From the NCBI GenBank assembly GCA_963749495.1, contig CAVVMW010000025.1:13378-77377 (forward strand): 64,000 bases of DNA. Direction: 5' to 3'. The translations under genes and the position numbers were made by a program. Under the pieces are notes generated by a model. That model searched no databases. It was not told the DNA's origin and saw nothing but the letters and a program-made list of their open reading frames with translations. Positions 62,003 through 64,000 of this stretch are shown in pieces. This DNA comes from an uncultured bacterium. GTDB lineage: Bacteria > Verrucomicrobiota > Verrucomicrobiia > Limisphaerales > UBA8199. Each line of letters begins with the position of its first letter. Within the stretch, counting starts at the first letter, position 1.

Positions 62003-64000
62003 CTATTCGATCCTTGCCAGTTGGATTTGATAGACGTTCACCGCACGCCAATGCTCTGGTGCAGCGGGTTCCAGCACCAGGTGAAACACCCCAGTCCGGC
62101 CAAATTGGAACTCGCCCAAAGAGACAAACAGCGGTCGAAACCACCCGTCGCTCTTGGGCACTTCCGCGGACCGGCTTTGGTCGGCGACGGTGACTTTCAG
62201 TTCGCTCGAGCCGTAGGCCGAGGAGAACTCGCCGCGCAGCATGTAACGGCCGGCGGCCTTCACCGGCACCAGCCAGTGCAGCCGGTCGCCGGGTGCATCC
62301 CAATAACCGATATTGGGCCGGCCCTCATTGACCTGCAAACGGAGCGACCCTTCGCAGGTGGCCTTGCCCGGTTCCAGGCGGATGGCATCCGGCTGCTCGA
62401 ACCGCGCGCTCGAGTGGACCGAGGTCCTGAAGCCGCTGAGCTTGAAGGCGAAGGCGTGCTGACAGGGCAGTTGCGCGGGCGCCAGCGCGGGCACGTCAAT
62501 GACGATCTGCTGCTGCGCATTGATCCGGTGCGACACGACGCCATGGCCGAGCAGTTCCACCCGCGCGTCGGCGCCGGCGGCATCAGCGCGGACGGCCTGG
62601 AGGGTGAGTTGGCGTTCTGGCCATCCCAGCGTGAGGGCGTAAAGCGCGTCCCCTTTGGTGGTAAAACGAATGTCCCGGGCGCTGAAGGCCTGGTCGTGTC
62701 CCTCGCTGAAGCCGCCTCCGCCGCTGCGCGTTGGGCCTTCGCCATAGACCAGCCACGGCCGCGTGCCGTAGATGGCCTCCCCGTTCACCTTGAGCCAAGC
62801 ACCCAGCTCGAGCAACAGCTTCTCCGCCCGCTCCGGAATGGAGCCGTCCGCGTTGGGCCCGACATTGAGCAGCAAGCAGCCGTTTTTCGCCACAATATCG
62901 GCGAGCACATGGATGAGATTCTCGGTCGAGCGGTACGGGTCGGCCTTGCGGTTGAACCACGGACCCAGCGCCGTATCGGTGAGCCAGGGATACGGCACCA
63001 GCCGGTCTTCACGCCCACGCTCGAAATCGAGGATACCGGTGTGCTCGTGAATCTCGCGGAACTTCTGCGCCACGGCGGATTCCTTGCCCTGCCCGGCGGC
63101 CCAGTTGTAGTAATCGGCGAACATGCGTTGCTGGTATTCGGGCGTGATGACCTCGTGCAACTCGAAGTCGAACCAGATCATGTCGGGCTGGTACTGGCGC
63201 GCGACCTCCATGACCATCGCCAGCCACTGGTCCTGAAAGCGCCGCGAGGGCGGGTCCTTCGGCCCGTGCGGCTCGCTGTAGAGCTGGAAGTTCCGGCCGT
63301 CGGCGGCGTCGAACTGGAAAGCCGGCTCGTAATAGCGCCAGGCGAAGCCATGGTGGAAGGTGGTGATGAACTTGAGCCCGCGCGCTCGGTAGGCTCTGGC
63401 CAATTCGCCGGTGATGTCACGCTTGGGCCCCATCTTCACCGAATTCCATGGTGTCACCGCGGAATCCCACATGGCGAAGTTGTCGTGGTGGACCGCGACC
63501 GGGCCGGCGAACTTTGCCCCCGCGCGCGCGAAGAGGTCCGCCCACTTCTGCGGATCAAACTTGGGCGCCGTGAACCGCGGGATCACGTCCTTGTAGCCGA
63601 ACGTGTGTTGGTCACCAAACCTCTGCCGGTGCCAGGCGAAGATGGGATTGTTGGTCAGATACATCTCGCGGCCATACCACTCGCCGCCCTGGGGCGCGTC
63701 TTCGCACCCGACCGTGACCGGCCCCCAGTGGGTGTAGATGCCAAACTTCGCATCGCGGAACCACTCCGGGTCCCGGTGTGCGTGGAGCGACTGCCAGTCC
63801 GGTTTGAAAGTGGGCTCAGGCGCCGTCCAAAAGGCCATCAGGATCTTCGACAGGATCTGTTCTCCATGGACGTAATAGTCCTTCTCGGCCGGTTCGTCTC
63901 GAACGTGGACATCCGGCGGGTACTTTGACGGCAACGCTCCTTCCTTGGGGAACGTCACGGGCGAATCCGCCATCATGTTGGCGGGATGCGCACGAGTGTT
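62003..64000 (-). CDS. Alpha-L-fucosidase (GH29) with C-terminal CBM-like domain; frame open to window edge
   Basis: WFRDAKFGIYTHWG, HHDNFAMW, PDMIWFD, LLLNVGP, GEAIYGTRPW. Confidence 0.9.
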   Translation of the reverse strand, partial: NTRAHPANMMADSPVTFPKEGALPSKYPPDVHVRDEPAEKDYYVHGEQILSKILMAFWTAPEPTFKPDWQSLHAHRDPEWFRDAKFGIYTHWGPVTVGCEDAPQGGEWYGREMYLTNNPIFAWHRQRFGDQHTFGYKDVIPRFTAPKFDPQKWADLFARAGAKFAGPVAVHHDNFAMWDSAVTPWNSVKMGPKRDITGELARAYRARGLKFITTFHHGFAWRYYEPAFQFDAADGRNFQLYSEPHGPKDPPSRRFQDQWLAMVMEVARQYQPDMIWFDFELHEVITPEYQQRMFADYYNWAAGQGKESAVAQKFREIHEHTGILDFERGREDRLVPYPWLTDTALGPWFNRKADPYRSTENLIHVLADIVAKNGCLLLNVGPNADGSIPERAEKLLLELGAWLKVNGEAIYGTRPWLVYGEGPTRSGGGGFSEGHDQAFSARDIRFTTKGDALYALTLGWPERQLTLQAVRADAAGADARVELLGHGVVSHRINAQQQIVIDVPALAPAQLPCQHAFAFKLSGFRTSVHSSARFEQPDAIRLEPGKATCEGSLRLQVNEGRPNIGYWDAPGDRLHWLVPVKAAGRYMLRGEFSSAYGSSELKVTVADQSRSAEVPKSDGWFRPLFVSLGEFQFGRTGVFHLVLEPAAPEHWRAVNVYQIQLARIE

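Overview
GC-rich bacterial DNA, most likely Verrucomicrobiota (inferred from the prepilin/H-X9-DG protein, PUR-like remnant, hopanoid genes and repeat types). About 1-23.3 kb is mostly core genome: paaK, a thioesterase, HlyD, an SGNH-TPR protein, tRNA-Val, a tricorn protease, hpnK/hpnD, an NtrC-type two-component pair, coaC, gmk and yicC, interspersed with REP/MITE-like palindromes. About 23.4-52 kb is an accessory, decaying region with toxin-antitoxin modules, a HARE-HTH/GIY-YIG plus CBS-HEPN gene pair, an IS pile-up (DUF6788-DDE element, two ISL3, IS21, an IS701 remnant, ISAzo13), a tRNA-Gly att remnant and glycan-utilisation genes. The highlight is the minus-strand operon at 51.8-54.9 kb. 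A promoter, leader peptide and terminator/antiterminator (apparent translation-coupled attenuator) precede 12 non-canonical tRNA or tRNA-like genes, one per amino acid, all with G55 in place of U55. The array also holds two small ORFs and two other structured RNAs ending in CCA, and ends in an RtcB2-type RNA ligase cut by ISAzo13. 55-64 kb holds glycoside hydrolases and several internally deleted genes. Many single-base frameshifts look like long-read errors. All family calls come from motif recognition by eye; no searches were run.
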